In this document: in pieces, positions 37,871 to 47,825 of the stretch
Numbering within the stretch: position 1 is the stretch's first letter
Layout of the letters: each line of letters starts with the position of its first letter
Origin: Eubacteriales bacterium
GTDB lineage: Bacteria; Bacillota; Clostridia; Monoglobales; UMGS1388
DNA length: 59,306 bases
NCBI GenBank assembly: GCA_029004515.1
Contig: JAQVYH010000002.1
Coordinates: 1-59,306 of the forward strand
Reading direction: 5' to 3'
Made by a program: the position numbers and the translations under genes
The notes under the pieces: generated by a model
What the model saw: the letters and a program-made list of their open reading frames with translations, nothing else
Told to the model about the DNA's origin: nothing
The model's database searches: none

Positions 37871-39118
37871 CTATATCCTGGTAATGTTTGCCCCAAGTTT
37901 ATTCATTTTTTCTTCAAATTTATAGTACCCTCTATCAAGATATCCTATGTTATCAATTTCTGTTTGTCCATCTGCTACAAGTCCTGCAATAACAAGTGCC
38001 GCCCCAGCTCGAAGGTCAGTGGCTCTAACACTAGCGCCTGTAAGGTGATCAATCCCCTGAATAACTGATGTCCTACCGTCTATTTTAATGTTTGCACCCA
38101 TTCTTTTAAGCTCGGTAAGGTGCATAAAGCGATTTTCAAATATTGTTTCAGTTACAACGCTTGTTCCGTTTGAGATTGAGAGAAGTGTGCTGAATTGTGC
38201 TTGCATATCTGTTGGAAATCCCGGATATGGAAGGGTTTTTATGTCCGTTGCGTTTATTGGACTTTCACCGCATATTTTAATAAAAGTATCACCTTCATCA
38301 ACGTTGATGCCAATTTCTCTTAATTTTGATGTTACCGGCTTTAAGTGTTGTGGAATAACATTTTTTATTAATATATTTCCCTTCGTCGCTGCTGCCCCTA
38401 TCATGAATGTCCCTGCTTCAATTCGGTCAGGGATAACAAAGTGAGTACAGCCTTTTAATTTCTTAACACCCATTATCTTTATAGTGTCGGTTCCCGCCCC
38501 TGTGACCTTTCCGCCCATATTGTTAATGTATAAGGCAAGGTCGCTAATCTCTGGCTCGGTTGCAGCATTTTCAATTATTGTTTCGCCATCCGCCATACTT
38601 GCTGCCATCATTATATTTTCGGTTGCACCAACACTAGGGAAATCAAGATATATTTTATTGCCCTTAAGCTTTCTGCAGCTTAACTTAATATATCCGTGCT
38701 GTTGCTCAATATCTGCACCTAAAGCGCAAAGTCCCTTAAGGTGCAAATCAATAGGTCTAACTCCAATCTGACAACCACCTGGCATAGAGATGTTAACCTT
38801 TCCAATCTTAGCAAGAAGAGGTCCTGATATAAGGAATGATGCTCGGAGAAGCTCTACAGGTGCGAAGTTTTCCAAATCACCAGATAGATTATGGGGTTTT
38901 ATGCAGATAGTGTCCTCTGATATTTGCAATTTCGCTCCCAAATGAGTTAGCATACTACACATGTTATGACTATCAACAAGCATAGGAGCATTTTTTATAA
39001 CTGATTCTCCTTCTCCCATAATAGATGCCGCAAGAATGGGAAGAAGAGCGTTCTTTGAACCAGAAATCTCTACTTCCCCATTAAGTGAGCCACAAGGCAT
39101 AATAATATATTTTGACAT
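37871..39118 (-). CDS. murA: UDP-N-acetylglucosamine 1-carboxyvinyltransferase
   Basis: G.V.ISGSKNA.LPI and PGGC.IG.RPIDLH (active-site Cys) motifs. Confidence 0.95.
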   Translation of the reverse strand: MSKYIIMPCGSLNGEVEISGSKNALLPILAASIMGEGESVIKNAPMLVDSHNMCSMLTHLGAKLQISEDTICIKPHNLSGDLENFAPVELLRASFLISGPLLAKIGKVNISMPGGCQIGVRPIDLHLKGLCALGADIEQQHGYIKLSCRKLKGNKIYLDFPSVGATENIMMAASMADGETIIENAATEPEISDLALYINNMGGKVTGAGTDTIKIMGVKKLKGCTHFVIPDRIEAGTFMIGAAATKGNILIKNVIPQHLKPVTSKLREIGINVDEGDTFIKICGESPINATDIKTLPYPGFPTDMQAQFSTLLSISNGTSVVTETIFENRFMHLTELKRMGANIKIDGRTSVIQGIDHLTGASVRATDLRAGAALVIAGLVADGQTEIDNIGYLDRGYYKFEEKMNKLGANITRI

Positions 39119-39235
39119 TGTATCCTCCATATTAATAATGTACTCAAATAAGTTTCTCCAATAAAAAAAGAAATATACAAAAAAGCTATGTCAAAAAAGC
39201 CTTTTAAGGATATCAAAATCGCTATTTCATAGTAT

Positions 39236-39270
39236 AAAAAAATAAAAAAGGCTTTGCCAGAGCAAAGCCT
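39236..39270 (-). terminator. Terminator of the histidine kinase gene
   Basis: On the minus strand, an AGGCTTTGC...GCAAAGCCT stem followed by TTTTTTATTTTTTT. Confidence 0.8.
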
Positions 39271-39367
39271 ATCAAAAACAAATATTTAATTCAAAAGCAA
39301 ATCAATAATCAAAAAAAATATTTAATTTATTTCATTATACAGTCTGTGCATTTTATCACACCCGTAG

Positions 39368-41143
39368 TTATTCAGACAGTGCAGGAAGCCTAATAATAAC
39401 TTCACTACCCTTTCCATAACTACTTGTAATATCAATTGACCCACCGTGAAGCTCGATGATTTCCTTTGCAATAGCAAGTCCAAGCCCTGTACCGCCTTTA
39501 TCCCTTGAACGGGCTTTGTCAACACGATAGAATCTTTCGAAGATCCTCGGGAGGTCCTTTGCAGGAATGCCGATTCCGTTATCCTTAACCTTAACATATA
39601 CTTCTTTATACATATACCCCGCAAAAACTTCAATACGACCACCATCAGGAGTGTATTTAATGGAATTTGCAATTATGTTTACCAGAACCTGTTCGATTCT
39701 GTCACGGTCAGCTAGGATTTGTGGCATATTACTTGTTGCTGAATAGGTAAGAGTATGGCTCTTTTCCTTTGCATTAATTTTGAGCCTGTTTACTACATCT
39801 TCGAGCAATTCATCCATAGAGAAGAATGTTTTCGTTTTGTTTAATGAGTCCTTATCAAGTCGTGATAGGGTAAGAAGATCCTTTACTATTCTTGTCATTC
39901 TGTCAACTTCTCTATTTATTACAGAAAGGAAATGCTTTGCCATATCTATATCCTCTGTAAGGTCGCTGTCAAGAAGCGTTTCTGCATAACCCCTGATTGT
40001 TGTAAGGGGTGTACGAAGCTCGTGGGATACATTAGCAACGAATTCACGACGCATATTTTCAACTGCCTGCGCCTCTGTAACGTCCTGAAGGACAACTACA
40101 ACGCCTGCTGTTTTTTCATCTTCCTTTTTAAATGGTGCAAAATATGCCTTGAGCATCGCATGGGGTGTGGAAATATCCCTTTCGATTGTCTTGTAATGCT
40201 CGAGATAAATCAGCTCAGGGAGTGATATATCAACAGAGTTTGCATTCACAAACTTCTCAAAGGTAAGATTAGCATTCTGCTTTAGGCGGAGCATACTATA
40301 TGCTGCCGGATTGATATGAATTGCCGCACCATCCTTATCAAAGGCAAGGACACCATCTGTCATATATTGAATAATCGTATCTACTTTATTTTTCTCTTTT
40401 GAAAGCTCGGTCATTGAGGTTGTAATAACCTGTGCCATATTATTAAATGTATTGGCAAGCAGACCAATCTCATCATTTTCCTTTGTATCTATTCGTGAGT
40501 CATAGTCGCCCTCTGCAAGGCGCTCTGCCCTTTTTGTAAGATTAAGAATAGGTGTGGTAATTGTACCTGAAAGCATAAAGCCAAGGAGTACTGCAATAAT
40601 TATACCAAAGCCCAAAGATTGAAGTGCGATGGAAAATACAGTTCGGCTAAGGCTGTTGATTTCGCTCTTATTGTCACGAATGTAGAATATATAGTCACCT
40701 ATAGGAATAGCATAGTCAAGATACTGTGAACTTTTAACAGTTGATGTACCATACTCTCCATTTAGGGCAGTGGTTATGTTATCAGTAACATCAAGTTTTT
40801 TGCCAATTTCACTTTCCGAATCGCAAGCGAGAACAGTACAAGATGAATCGAGTATATAGTATTTTCGGTTAGAATTAATCCCCAATCGTCCTGAATAGGC
40901 TACAAGCTCGGCGTTCATTCGTGCAACAGCATCCTCCGCATAGATACTGCCACTAAGGGAGCTTATAAGCTCGTCTGAAAAGGCAGTTGTCATCTGTTCG
41001 CGGAAATCCTTATGATAAAAATCGGTTATGTTAATCTGAAGGATTGTGCCAATAATCATCATGGTTGCAACAAGCAGCAATATGAATACGGATACAAGTT
41101 TCCACCGTATGCTTTTGAACTTTGGGATTTTCCACTTCTTCAT
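39368..41143 (-). CDS. Sensor histidine kinase, WalK/VicK-like architecture (TM-extracellular-TM, HAMP, PAS, HisKA, HATPase_c)
   Basis: H-box SHELRTPLTTI, N-box VNIIANSIKYTP, G-boxes DNGIGI and GGTGLGLAI. Confidence 0.9.
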   Translation of the reverse strand: MKKWKIPKFKSIRWKLVSVFILLLVATMMIIGTILQINITDFYHKDFREQMTTAFSDELISSLSGSIYAEDAVARMNAELVAYSGRLGINSNRKYYILDSSCTVLACDSESEIGKKLDVTDNITTALNGEYGTSTVKSSQYLDYAIPIGDYIFYIRDNKSEINSLSRTVFSIALQSLGFGIIIAVLLGFMLSGTITTPILNLTKRAERLAEGDYDSRIDTKENDEIGLLANTFNNMAQVITTSMTELSKEKNKVDTIIQYMTDGVLAFDKDGAAIHINPAAYSMLRLKQNANLTFEKFVNANSVDISLPELIYLEHYKTIERDISTPHAMLKAYFAPFKKEDEKTAGVVVVLQDVTEAQAVENMRREFVANVSHELRTPLTTIRGYAETLLDSDLTEDIDMAKHFLSVINREVDRMTRIVKDLLTLSRLDKDSLNKTKTFFSMDELLEDVVNRLKINAKEKSHTLTYSATSNMPQILADRDRIEQVLVNIIANSIKYTPDGGRIEVFAGYMYKEVYVKVKDNGIGIPAKDLPRIFERFYRVDKARSRDKGGTGLGLAIAKEIIELHGGSIDITSSYGKGSEVIIRLPALSE

Positions 41144-41177
41144 AGGATGTATGTCCCCTTTAGTCAGCTGTTAGTTA

Positions 41178-42281
41178 TTATAGCTTTTCTGCTAATATAT
41201 CTGTTATTCTTTCACAGGCGTGTCCGTCACCATATGGATTGGACGCATGGCTCATCTTTTCATAATCTTCTTTATTATTAAGAAGATTATAGAACTGATT
41301 GTAGATATTCTCTTCATTTGTGCCAACAAGCTTAAGTGTCCCTGCGGTAATTCCCTCAGGACGCTCTGTTGTATCACGCATTACAAGAACAGGCTTGCCA
41401 AGAGATGGAGCCTCTTCCTGAATACCACCGCTGTCTGTAAGAATAAGATATGACCTTGCCATAATATTATGAAAATCAAGAACTTCAAGTGGGCTGATTA
41501 GTTTAACTCTGTCGTTATCTCCAAATACTTCCTTAGCAGCATTCTGCACAAGGGGGTTGAGATGTACAGGATATACAACCTTAACGTCAGGATGTTCATT
41601 AACAATTCTGTTAATTGCTCTGAACATATTATGGAGTGGCTCACCGAGATTTTCTCGGCGATGTGCTGTAAGGGTTATAAGTCTGCTGCCCTTTGCCCAC
41701 TCTATAATCTCGTGATTATAATCATCCCTAACTGTTGTCTTGAGTGCGTCAATAGCTGTGTTGCCTGTTATATAGATTGTATCAGGATTTTTACCCTCAG
41801 CAATAAGGTTCTGCTGTGATTTTTCAGTTGGTGAAAAATGAAAAGCGGTAACAACACCTGTAGCCTGACGATTAAATTCTTCAGGGTATGGTGAGTTAAT
41901 GTTGTATGTACGAAGGCCTGCCTCTACATGGCCAACCGGAATCTGTAAATAAAAAGCAGAAAGGGCTGTTGCAAATGTAGTTGTTGTATCTCCATGGACA
42001 AGTACAACATCAGGTTGTTCCTTTTCGAGCACAGGCTTTATCTTAAGCATAATATTTGTGGTTATATCAAAAAGAGTCTGTTTGTCTTTCATAACAGAAA
42101 GGTCATAGTCGGGAACAACTCCAAAACAGTCAAGAACCTGATCAAGCATCTGTCGATGTTGTCCTGTAACGCAGACTATTGTTTCAAATTCATCTCTCTT
42201 TTTTAGCTCTTTTACCAAAGGACACATTTTAATAGCTTCGGGTCTAGTACCGAATGAAAGCATTATCTTTTTTTTCTTCAT
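41178..42281 (-). CDS. wecB: UDP-N-acetylglucosamine 2-epimerase (non-hydrolysing)
   Basis: FGTRPEAIKM.P, VHGDTTT and TDSGG.QEEAP..G.PVLV.R..TERPE motifs. The real start is ATG 42281 (GAAGGAG RBS); the ORF-track extension to 42371 runs into repeat copy 5. Confidence 0.93.
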   Translation of the reverse strand: MKKKKIMLSFGTRPEAIKMCPLVKELKKRDEFETIVCVTGQHRQMLDQVLDCFGVVPDYDLSVMKDKQTLFDITTNIMLKIKPVLEKEQPDVVLVHGDTTTTFATALSAFYLQIPVGHVEAGLRTYNINSPYPEEFNRQATGVVTAFHFSPTEKSQQNLIAEGKNPDTIYITGNTAIDALKTTVRDDYNHEIIEWAKGSRLITLTAHRRENLGEPLHNMFRAINRIVNEHPDVKVVYPVHLNPLVQNAAKEVFGDNDRVKLISPLEVLDFHNIMARSYLILTDSGGIQEEAPSLGKPVLVMRDTTERPEGITAGTLKLVGTNEENIYNQFYNLLNNKEDYEKMSHASNPYGDGHACERITDILAEKL

Positions 42282-42305
42282 TGTAAGGTCAACTCCTTCT
42301 ACAGA

Positions 42306-42334
42306 AATATACCATAGAATCGACATAATGTCAA
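42306..42334 (-). promoter_or_regulatory. Candidate wecB promoter whose -35 lies inside the palindrome duplicated by family A copy 5
   Basis: On the minus strand, TTGACA (42334-42329), a 17-nt spacer, then TATATT (42311-42306), 24 nt upstream of the ATG. Confidence 0.5.
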
Positions 42335-42337
42335 TTT

Positions 42338-42577
42338 CAGACCGTAGAAAAAGTCGTTCAATCACAAGCAAAGAAAAAAATATCTATTGTTTGCTCTATA
42401 AATAATAATTATATAAAATTATAATGGCGTAGATTTTATCGAAAAACCGATACCATTGCTTGTTTTTGCCCTTCCCGACATCTACCGTACCCTCGTACGC
42501 CGACGATGTCGGGAATGTCAAATTTAACTTCCTTTTTCGCAGTCTGCCATCGTGTCAATATGTTTATCGACACGATG
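42338..42577 (-). repeat. Family A element, copy 5 (most diverged)
   Basis: Same architecture. Flanked by the 20/21-bp imperfect palindrome (G/A)AATCGACATAATGTCAATTT at 42317-42337 and 42578-42598. Confidence 0.88.
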
Positions 42578-42607
42578 AAATCGACATAATGTCAATTTGA
42601 ATTTAGG

Positions 42608-42648
42608 CAAAAAACAAGCTGTGACAAAACGAAAGTCTTATCACAGCT
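42608..42648 (-). terminator. Terminator of the ECF S-component gene
   Basis: On the minus strand, an AGCTGTGA...TCACAGCT stem followed by TGTTTTTTG. Confidence 0.7.
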
Positions 42649-42655
42649 AATGAAG

Positions 42656-43234
42656 TTATGCGTTGATTTTCCTGATGTTAAGTAGCCTTACTATAACAGG
42701 GCTTAATACTATATTTGTGCCAAGCTCAAACAGGAAGTTAAAGCCTGCAAGACCTACCAGCATAAATGTACCTACATTTGCTCCATTTGCCCACTCTGTG
42801 ACAAGCGGCATATAGAAAGCAAGACATCCTAAAAAGAATATACCGGTATTAACAATTGGACATATAATTGCAGCAGCAATAACCGCTACATATCTGTTTG
42901 TTTTATGGACAAGTTTGTATACTAATCCTGCTGCCATACCGCAGGCAATACCCTTTGCAAATACAATAAATATCGTCCCTATAGGATTAAAGGTGAAGAA
43001 TGGTTCCGATGCACCACTTATCAGGACTGTAAAAGCAAAGACAAATCCAAGCCATCCGCCCATAAAGATACCACAGGTTGCTACGCCTATGATAATGGGT
43101 ACTTGGACCAGTGTAAGGGCGACGGGCCCCACTTTTACAACATTGGCTATAAGCTGCAATACGATTACAAGTGCTGTAAGTATCGCCCCCAGTACCAATG
43201 TCTGGGTTGACATTCTTTGTTTCTGTGTTTTCAT
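42656..43234 (-). CDS. ECF transporter S component, substrate unknown
   Basis: 192 aa with 6 TM helices and a Gly-rich S-component-like profile. AAGGAGG RBS. I found no riboswitch in the short leader. Confidence 0.7.
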   Translation of the reverse strand: MKTQKQRMSTQTLVLGAILTALVIVLQLIANVVKVGPVALTLVQVPIIIGVATCGIFMGGWLGFVFAFTVLISGASEPFFTFNPIGTIFIVFAKGIACGMAAGLVYKLVHKTNRYVAVIAAAIICPIVNTGIFFLGCLAFYMPLVTEWANGANVGTFMLVGLAGFNFLFELGTNIVLSPVIVRLLNIRKINA

Positions 43235-43510
43235 AAAAAAACCTCCTTGCTGTCGTTCGCTTCATAGCGATACAACGCATAATTTTTTATATTAACTCTT
43301 GTTAAGAGTAATACACAGTTAAGTTATAGGAGAATATTACCATCATAATACAAAGCCGTCAATAGTAAAAGTCACTAAAAACCCGAATATGAGTGAAAAA
43401 GACTTGATATATGGCTTTGCAAACCATGAATTGTCAGTCAAAAAAAGAGTTGATATTATTGTTGAATTATGTTACACTATTACAGCACCTTTCAAATAGG
43501 GTGTTGAAAA

Positions 43511-44236
43511 ATGATGCATTATGTAATGGGAAAGGCAATGGGGAAAGTCATGAAAAAGAAGCAGTTTATATCCTTTGTGGATAAATATTTCAGCTCTGCA
43601 AATCAGACATATTGTCTTGTGTATCTTTATGGGCTTCGTTTCCATATGGAGGGCAAGATGATACCTGATAATGAGGCCATTGCCGAGGCTCTTCGAATCA
43701 TGGACAGTGATGTCGAAAAGGCATGGAACTATTGGCGTAAAAAAGGTCTTGCAAAGAGCGAGAAAGGTATAATTCGTCTTGTAGAGATGGAGTCAGATGA
43801 TAAGGAAGTAAAGAAAATACCTACCATGAAGGAAGCGGCTCAAAAGATGATTCAAGACCCTGTTTTTGCATGGTTTTGTAAGGAAACTGAGTCAAGATTT
43901 GGCGGTGAGCTATCATCCTCAGAGATATCAACTCTTCAATGGATTTATGATACAACAGGTCTTTCCAATGACGTACTCATTCTCCTTGCAGACTATACCA
44001 CCATGCAGAAAAAGACCATGCGATATATGGAGAAGGTTGCTCTTGATTGGAGCAAATCAGGTATAGATACAGTGGAAAAGGCTAATCTTCGTCTTGAAAG
44101 TATAGGAAAAAAGGACGTAAAGAAAAAGTCAAAAAAGGATAAGTTCCACAATTTTGAACAACGAACAACTGATTATAGTGATATTGAAGATGAGTATTTT
44201 GAAGAAATACTAAAGGGGATGAAGTCTGATGGCTGA
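43511..44236 (+). CDS. DnaD / DnaB_2 domain replication-initiation protein
   Basis: SSSEISTLQWIYDTTGLSNDVLILLADYT......MRYMEKVALDW...GI.T is a DnaD C-terminal-type domain. Sits upstream of the helicase-loader gene. The start is ambiguous (ATGs at 43511/43526/43538/43550). Confidence 0.78.
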   Translation: MMHYVMGKAMGKVMKKKQFISFVDKYFSSANQTYCLVYLYGLRFHMEGKMIPDNEAIAEALRIMDSDVEKAWNYWRKKGLAKSEKGIIRLVEMESDDKEVKKIPTMKEAAQKMIQDPVFAWFCKETESRFGGELSSSEISTLQWIYDTTGLSNDVLILLADYTTMQKKTMRYMEKVALDWSKSGIDTVEKANLRLESIGKKDVKKKSKKDKFHNFEQRTTDYSDIEDEYFEEILKGMKSDG

Positions 44237-45218
44237 TAATAATTTTAGCAGACATATTGTTGAAAGAGCCGAACAAGAGCTTGCAAGACGCAGAATTCAG
44301 GCTGAAGAAACCAGAGAAAAGGCAAGACAAGAAGTGTATGCCAAGGTTCCTGAGATTAAGGCAATTGATCTGGAAATCAGAACAAGTGGTATTTCTATGA
44401 TTCAGGCTATGGCTAATGGCTTAAGTGACAAGAAAAAACAGGCTGAATTCAAAAATAACATAAATGAGCTTATTAAGCGTAAAAAAGAATTACTTAAAGA
44501 AAATGGTTTTCCACCAAAGATTCTTGATATTAAGTACAAATGCGCTACTTGTCGAGATACAGGCGAGCGTGACGGAGAATATTGCAAATGCAGAACTGAC
44601 ATCATCCGCCGATTGACTATTGAAGAATCCGGACTTAGCAGAAGCAGGTTTTACAGCTTCGATGAGTTCAACCTTGAATTTTACAGCAACGAGGTATCCG
44701 AGCGTGGTGTAAGCGCAAGACAGAATGCTACCAAGATTTTGGAGGTTTGCCTTCAATATACTCAGGGTAATCTCTTCTTCTATGGCGGAACAGGTCTTGG
44801 CAAGACATTTTTGTCCTGTTGTATAGCAGGTAAGATGCTTGAAGAGGGCAAGATTGTTTGTTACATATCTGCGCCAAAGCTTTTTTCAATACTTAATGAT
44901 GAGCGATTTAGCAAGTCTCAATCAGAGGAAGTAAAAAGAAAGGTTGAGATGATTTATACAGCAGATTACCTTGTGATTGACGATTTGGGAACAGAGTTTC
45001 AATCATCATTCACAGAGTCGTGTCTGTTTGATATTCTTAATACTCGCCTTGAAGAAGGCAGAAATACAATTATTAATTCAAATATATCTCTTGATGCACT
45101 CAAGGATAACTATTCAGAGAGAATTACGTCAAGAATAGCAGGTGAATATAAATTATTACGGCTTTTTGGTGAGGATATCAGACGGGTGAAAAGAAAAACA
45201 GATAAAAAGTGTAAATAA
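44229..45218 (+). CDS. DnaI/DnaC-type helicase loader ATPase (IstB-like AAA+)
   Basis: N-terminal Cys cluster C.TC.DTG......C.C, Walker A GGTGLGKTFL, Walker B LVIDDLGTE. Confidence 0.85.
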   Translation: MADNNFSRHIVERAEQELARRRIQAEETREKARQEVYAKVPEIKAIDLEIRTSGISMIQAMANGLSDKKKQAEFKNNINELIKRKKELLKENGFPPKILDIKYKCATCRDTGERDGEYCKCRTDIIRRLTIEESGLSRSRFYSFDEFNLEFYSNEVSERGVSARQNATKILEVCLQYTQGNLFFYGGTGLGKTFLSCCIAGKMLEEGKIVCYISAPKLFSILNDERFSKSQSEEVKRKVEMIYTADYLVIDDLGTEFQSSFTESCLFDILNTRLEEGRNTIINSNISLDALKDNYSERITSRIAGEYKLLRLFGEDIRRVKRKTDKKCK

Positions 45219-45221
45219 CCG

Positions 45222-45250
45222 TTGATATTTTCAGAGAATTGTTGTATAAT
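45222..45250 (+). promoter_or_regulatory. Promoter upstream of the SRP RNA
   Basis: TTGATA, a 17-nt spacer, then TATAAT. Confidence 0.55.
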
Positions 45251-45307
45251 ATTAAAGAATGTTTTTTAGATTTCATCGAAGCTATAAGAAATTATAGCTT
45301 TGTGAGA

Positions 45308-45582
45308 TACCATCCGTACTAGCCGGGGCGGTAGCGGTGCCCTGTACCCACAGTCCGCTGTAGTGGGGGTGAATGCCTCTTTGAGGATTTAATATTTTTT
45401 GGTCTGACTTAATTAGCAGTGTTGAGAGTCGGGTCCTGCGCAACAGAATCCCGTGAACCTCGTCAGGTGGGGAACCAAGCAGCGATAAGCGGGTCGTTTT
45501 GTGTGCTGCGGGGGTGCCGGGCTTGAGCTGTTAGTTATTTGTATCGCATCTAATGTTGATTCGAAAAGAGGCTGTGCGGTTT
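45308..45582 (+). ncRNA. ffs: Signal recognition particle RNA, long (Bacillus-type, with Alu domain)
   Basis: GGUAGCGGUGCCCUGUACCC Alu-domain block and the domain-IV block CGUCAGGUGGGGAACCAAGCAGCG. Ends in a T-run. Conserved position immediately upstream of dnaX. End coordinates are accurate to about +/-10 nt. Confidence 0.88.
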
Positions 45583-45725
45583 TTTTATTATGTAAGAATA
45601 TATTACTTATAATTCGAAATGACATAGTAAGAGGGCCTTCGTAAAAATTTATGAATGCTACGAGTGTTAGTTGCCGAAGGCGACTTTGTTATATATAAAA
45701 ATACTTTGTAATAGAGGTTTTTCAT

Positions 45726-47432
45726 ATGGCGTATCAGGCTTTATACCGCAAATGGCGTCCTATGACCTTCTCAGATGTGACAGGTCAAGGGCACATTGTG
45801 GACACCCTTAAAAATGAAATAATCTCGGGTAAGATTGCCCATGCATATCTGTTCTGTGGCACAAGAGGAACAGGTAAGACTTCTCTCGCCAAAATTTTCG
45901 CAAGAGCGGTCAACTGTTTAAATCTTCTTCCAAATGGTGACCCTTGCAATCAATGTGAGGTTTGCAGAGGAATAATAGACGGAACAATTATGGATGTAAA
46001 CGAAATTGATGCTGCATCAAATAATGGTGTAGATAACATTCGTGATATAAGAAATGAAGTAGTATATCAGCCATCTGTTGCAAGATATCGTGTGTATATC
46101 ATAGACGAGGTACATATGCTTTCAACAGCGGCTTTTAATGCTCTTTTAAAGACCTTAGAAGAGCCACCTGCACATGTTATCTTTATTTTGGCTACAACCG
46201 AGTCTCACAAGGTACCTGCAACTATCCGTTCAAGGTGTCAGCGATTTGATTTTAGGCGGATAAGTCAGGAAGATATCAGCGAGAGAATCAAGTTGATTGC
46301 ACAGACAGATGGGATAAGCATCACTCCTGAAGCAATAAGTAAGATTGCTTATCTTGCAGACGGTTCAATGCGTGATTCTTTGTCAATTCTTGAGCAGTGC
46401 ATTCCTATTGGCAATGTTACTCTCGAGAGTGTTGAGGAGATTGTCGGCATAGCAGGTGACGGAGCTCTTCTTACCATTGCAGAAGCAATTAATAAAGGTG
46501 ATATTTCAGAAGTTATAGGCATGGTTGATACCCTCCTTACAGAGGGCAAAGAGGTTATTCGCCTTATGGAGTCCATCCTTGATGTTATGAGAAATCTTAT
46601 CGTGTGCAAGTCGTCAAAGGACCCCAAAGATGTTCTTGATCTGTCGGCAGAGCGCCTTGAAAGATATATTGATGTAAGCAAGAGATTCACAGCGGAAGAG
46701 CTTATGTATTGTATTCGTGTTATGACCGATGCACTAACCTCTGCCAAGCTTGCATCCAAGCCTAAAATTCTTCTTGAAACAGCACTTCTTCGTAGCTGTA
46801 ATCCTGACCTTAGTGTAGATAATGATGCAGTGCTTGCACGAGTTGCTAGGTTAGAGAAAAGTGGTGTTACAGTTCACAGTTCACCTGTAGTAACTAATAC
46901 ACCATCAAAAAGTGAGATTGATAAATTTGAGGATGACACATTCCCCGTTACGGAGGAAGCACCACCACCTATGGATATGGATGCTCCACCTTGGGAGAAT
47001 GATATTGCCCCACAAGTTGAATCTGCCAAAGAGGTAGTTAAAGAAGAGCCAAAGGTAGAAGTGATGGCGCAGAAGCCTAAGTCTAAAGCTACAAGTAAGC
47101 CCTTAGAGTCACCTGTTGGAACTTCAGCAGACGAACTTCTTGATAAAATAGGAACAGCATCACCTGTACTTAAGCCTAGCCTTATTGGTGCACAGGGCAA
47201 AGTATCGGGAGATACCCTTGTTATATTACAGGCAAAGTCTTTTACATATGGAATGCTTTGCAAGAGCATTGAGCTTATGGAAAAGACAGTAAATATGAAG
47301 GTTTCTGTTGTGAATACAGATGAGGAATATAACTCATTTAGTGCATCAGATTCAGCTCCAGCCCCTAGTGATGGGCTTGGAGAACTCCTTGCCCAAAAGG
47401 ACATTTTTGGGGACAAGATGATAATCGAATAA
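45726..47432 (+). CDS. dnaX: DNA polymerase III subunit gamma/tau
   Basis: YRKWRP..F.DV.GQ, Walker A GTRGTGKTS, Zn module C..C..C, DEVHMLS. Confidence 0.96.
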   Translation: MAYQALYRKWRPMTFSDVTGQGHIVDTLKNEIISGKIAHAYLFCGTRGTGKTSLAKIFARAVNCLNLLPNGDPCNQCEVCRGIIDGTIMDVNEIDAASNNGVDNIRDIRNEVVYQPSVARYRVYIIDEVHMLSTAAFNALLKTLEEPPAHVIFILATTESHKVPATIRSRCQRFDFRRISQEDISERIKLIAQTDGISITPEAISKIAYLADGSMRDSLSILEQCIPIGNVTLESVEEIVGIAGDGALLTIAEAINKGDISEVIGMVDTLLTEGKEVIRLMESILDVMRNLIVCKSSKDPKDVLDLSAERLERYIDVSKRFTAEELMYCIRVMTDALTSAKLASKPKILLETALLRSCNPDLSVDNDAVLARVARLEKSGVTVHSSPVVTNTPSKSEIDKFEDDTFPVTEEAPPPMDMDAPPWENDIAPQVESAKEVVKEEPKVEVMAQKPKSKATSKPLESPVGTSADELLDKIGTASPVLKPSLIGAQGKVSGDTLVILQAKSFTYGMLCKSIELMEKTVNMKVSVVNTDEEYNSFSASDSAPAPSDGLGELLAQKDIFGDKMIIE

Positions 47433-47470
47433 TTTATGGTAATTATATAAATGAAAGGAATTGATTTATA

Positions 47471-47806
47471 ATGGCAAGAGGCGGCTTCCCAATGGGAGGA
47501 AATATGAACAATATGATGAAACAGGCTCAGAAGATGCAGCAGGATATGATGAAGATGCAGCAGGAGCTTGAAGCTAAAGAAATCGAGGCATCAGCTGGTG
47601 GTGGTGCTGTAACTGTTAGAGTTACAGGGAAAAAGCAGATTACTGCTATTACTCTTTCACCTGAAGTAGTTGATCCTGACGATATTGAAATGCTTCAGGA
47701 CCTTATTATGGTTGCTGTAAATGATGCTATAAATAAGATTGAAGAAGAAGCTTCTTCAAAGATGGGAAAGCTTACAGGCGGAATGAATATACCAGGACTC
47801 TTTTAA
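47471..47806 (+). CDS. ybaB: YbaB/EbfC nucleoid-associated protein
   Basis: [14 protein letters not shown]...Q.EL and the dnaX-ybaB-recR synteny. Confidence 0.93.
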   Translation: MARGGFPMGGNMNNMMKQAQKMQQDMMKMQQELEAKEIEASAGGGAVTVRVTGKKQITAITLSPEVVDPDDIEMLQDLIMVAVNDAINKIEEEASSKMGKLTGGMNIPGLF

Positions 47807-47825
47807 TTGACAGGAGCTAAGTTAA

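Noticed and set aside
42282-42371. A 30-codon N-terminal extension of wecB in the ORF track.
   Set aside because: The extension runs into family A copy 5 and its flank. A GAAGGAG RBS precedes the internal ATG at 42281, where the conserved MKKKKIMLSFGTRPE N-terminus begins.
17282-42577. Family A copies as a CRISPR array, a group II intron, a retron ncRNA or an IS200/605 omega-RNA remnant.
   Set aside because: Copies are kilobases apart with genes in between, so this is not CRISPR. There is no GUGYG 5' end, no domain V-like AGC...GAAA hairpin and no RT ORF, so it is neither an intron nor a retron. There is no tnpA/tnpB, and IS200/605 elements do not make target duplications. It remains unclassified.
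43511-45218. The DnaD-like plus IstB-like ATPase pair as a prophage or IS21 remnant.
   Set aside because: There is no IstA transposase, integrase or phage gene nearby. The pair sits next to ffs-dnaX-recR, and the ATPase has the N-terminal zinc-binding module of DnaI-type chromosomal helicase loaders.
45413-45625. A 70-aa minus-strand ORF.
   Set aside because: It lies antisense within the SRP RNA gene and its terminator.
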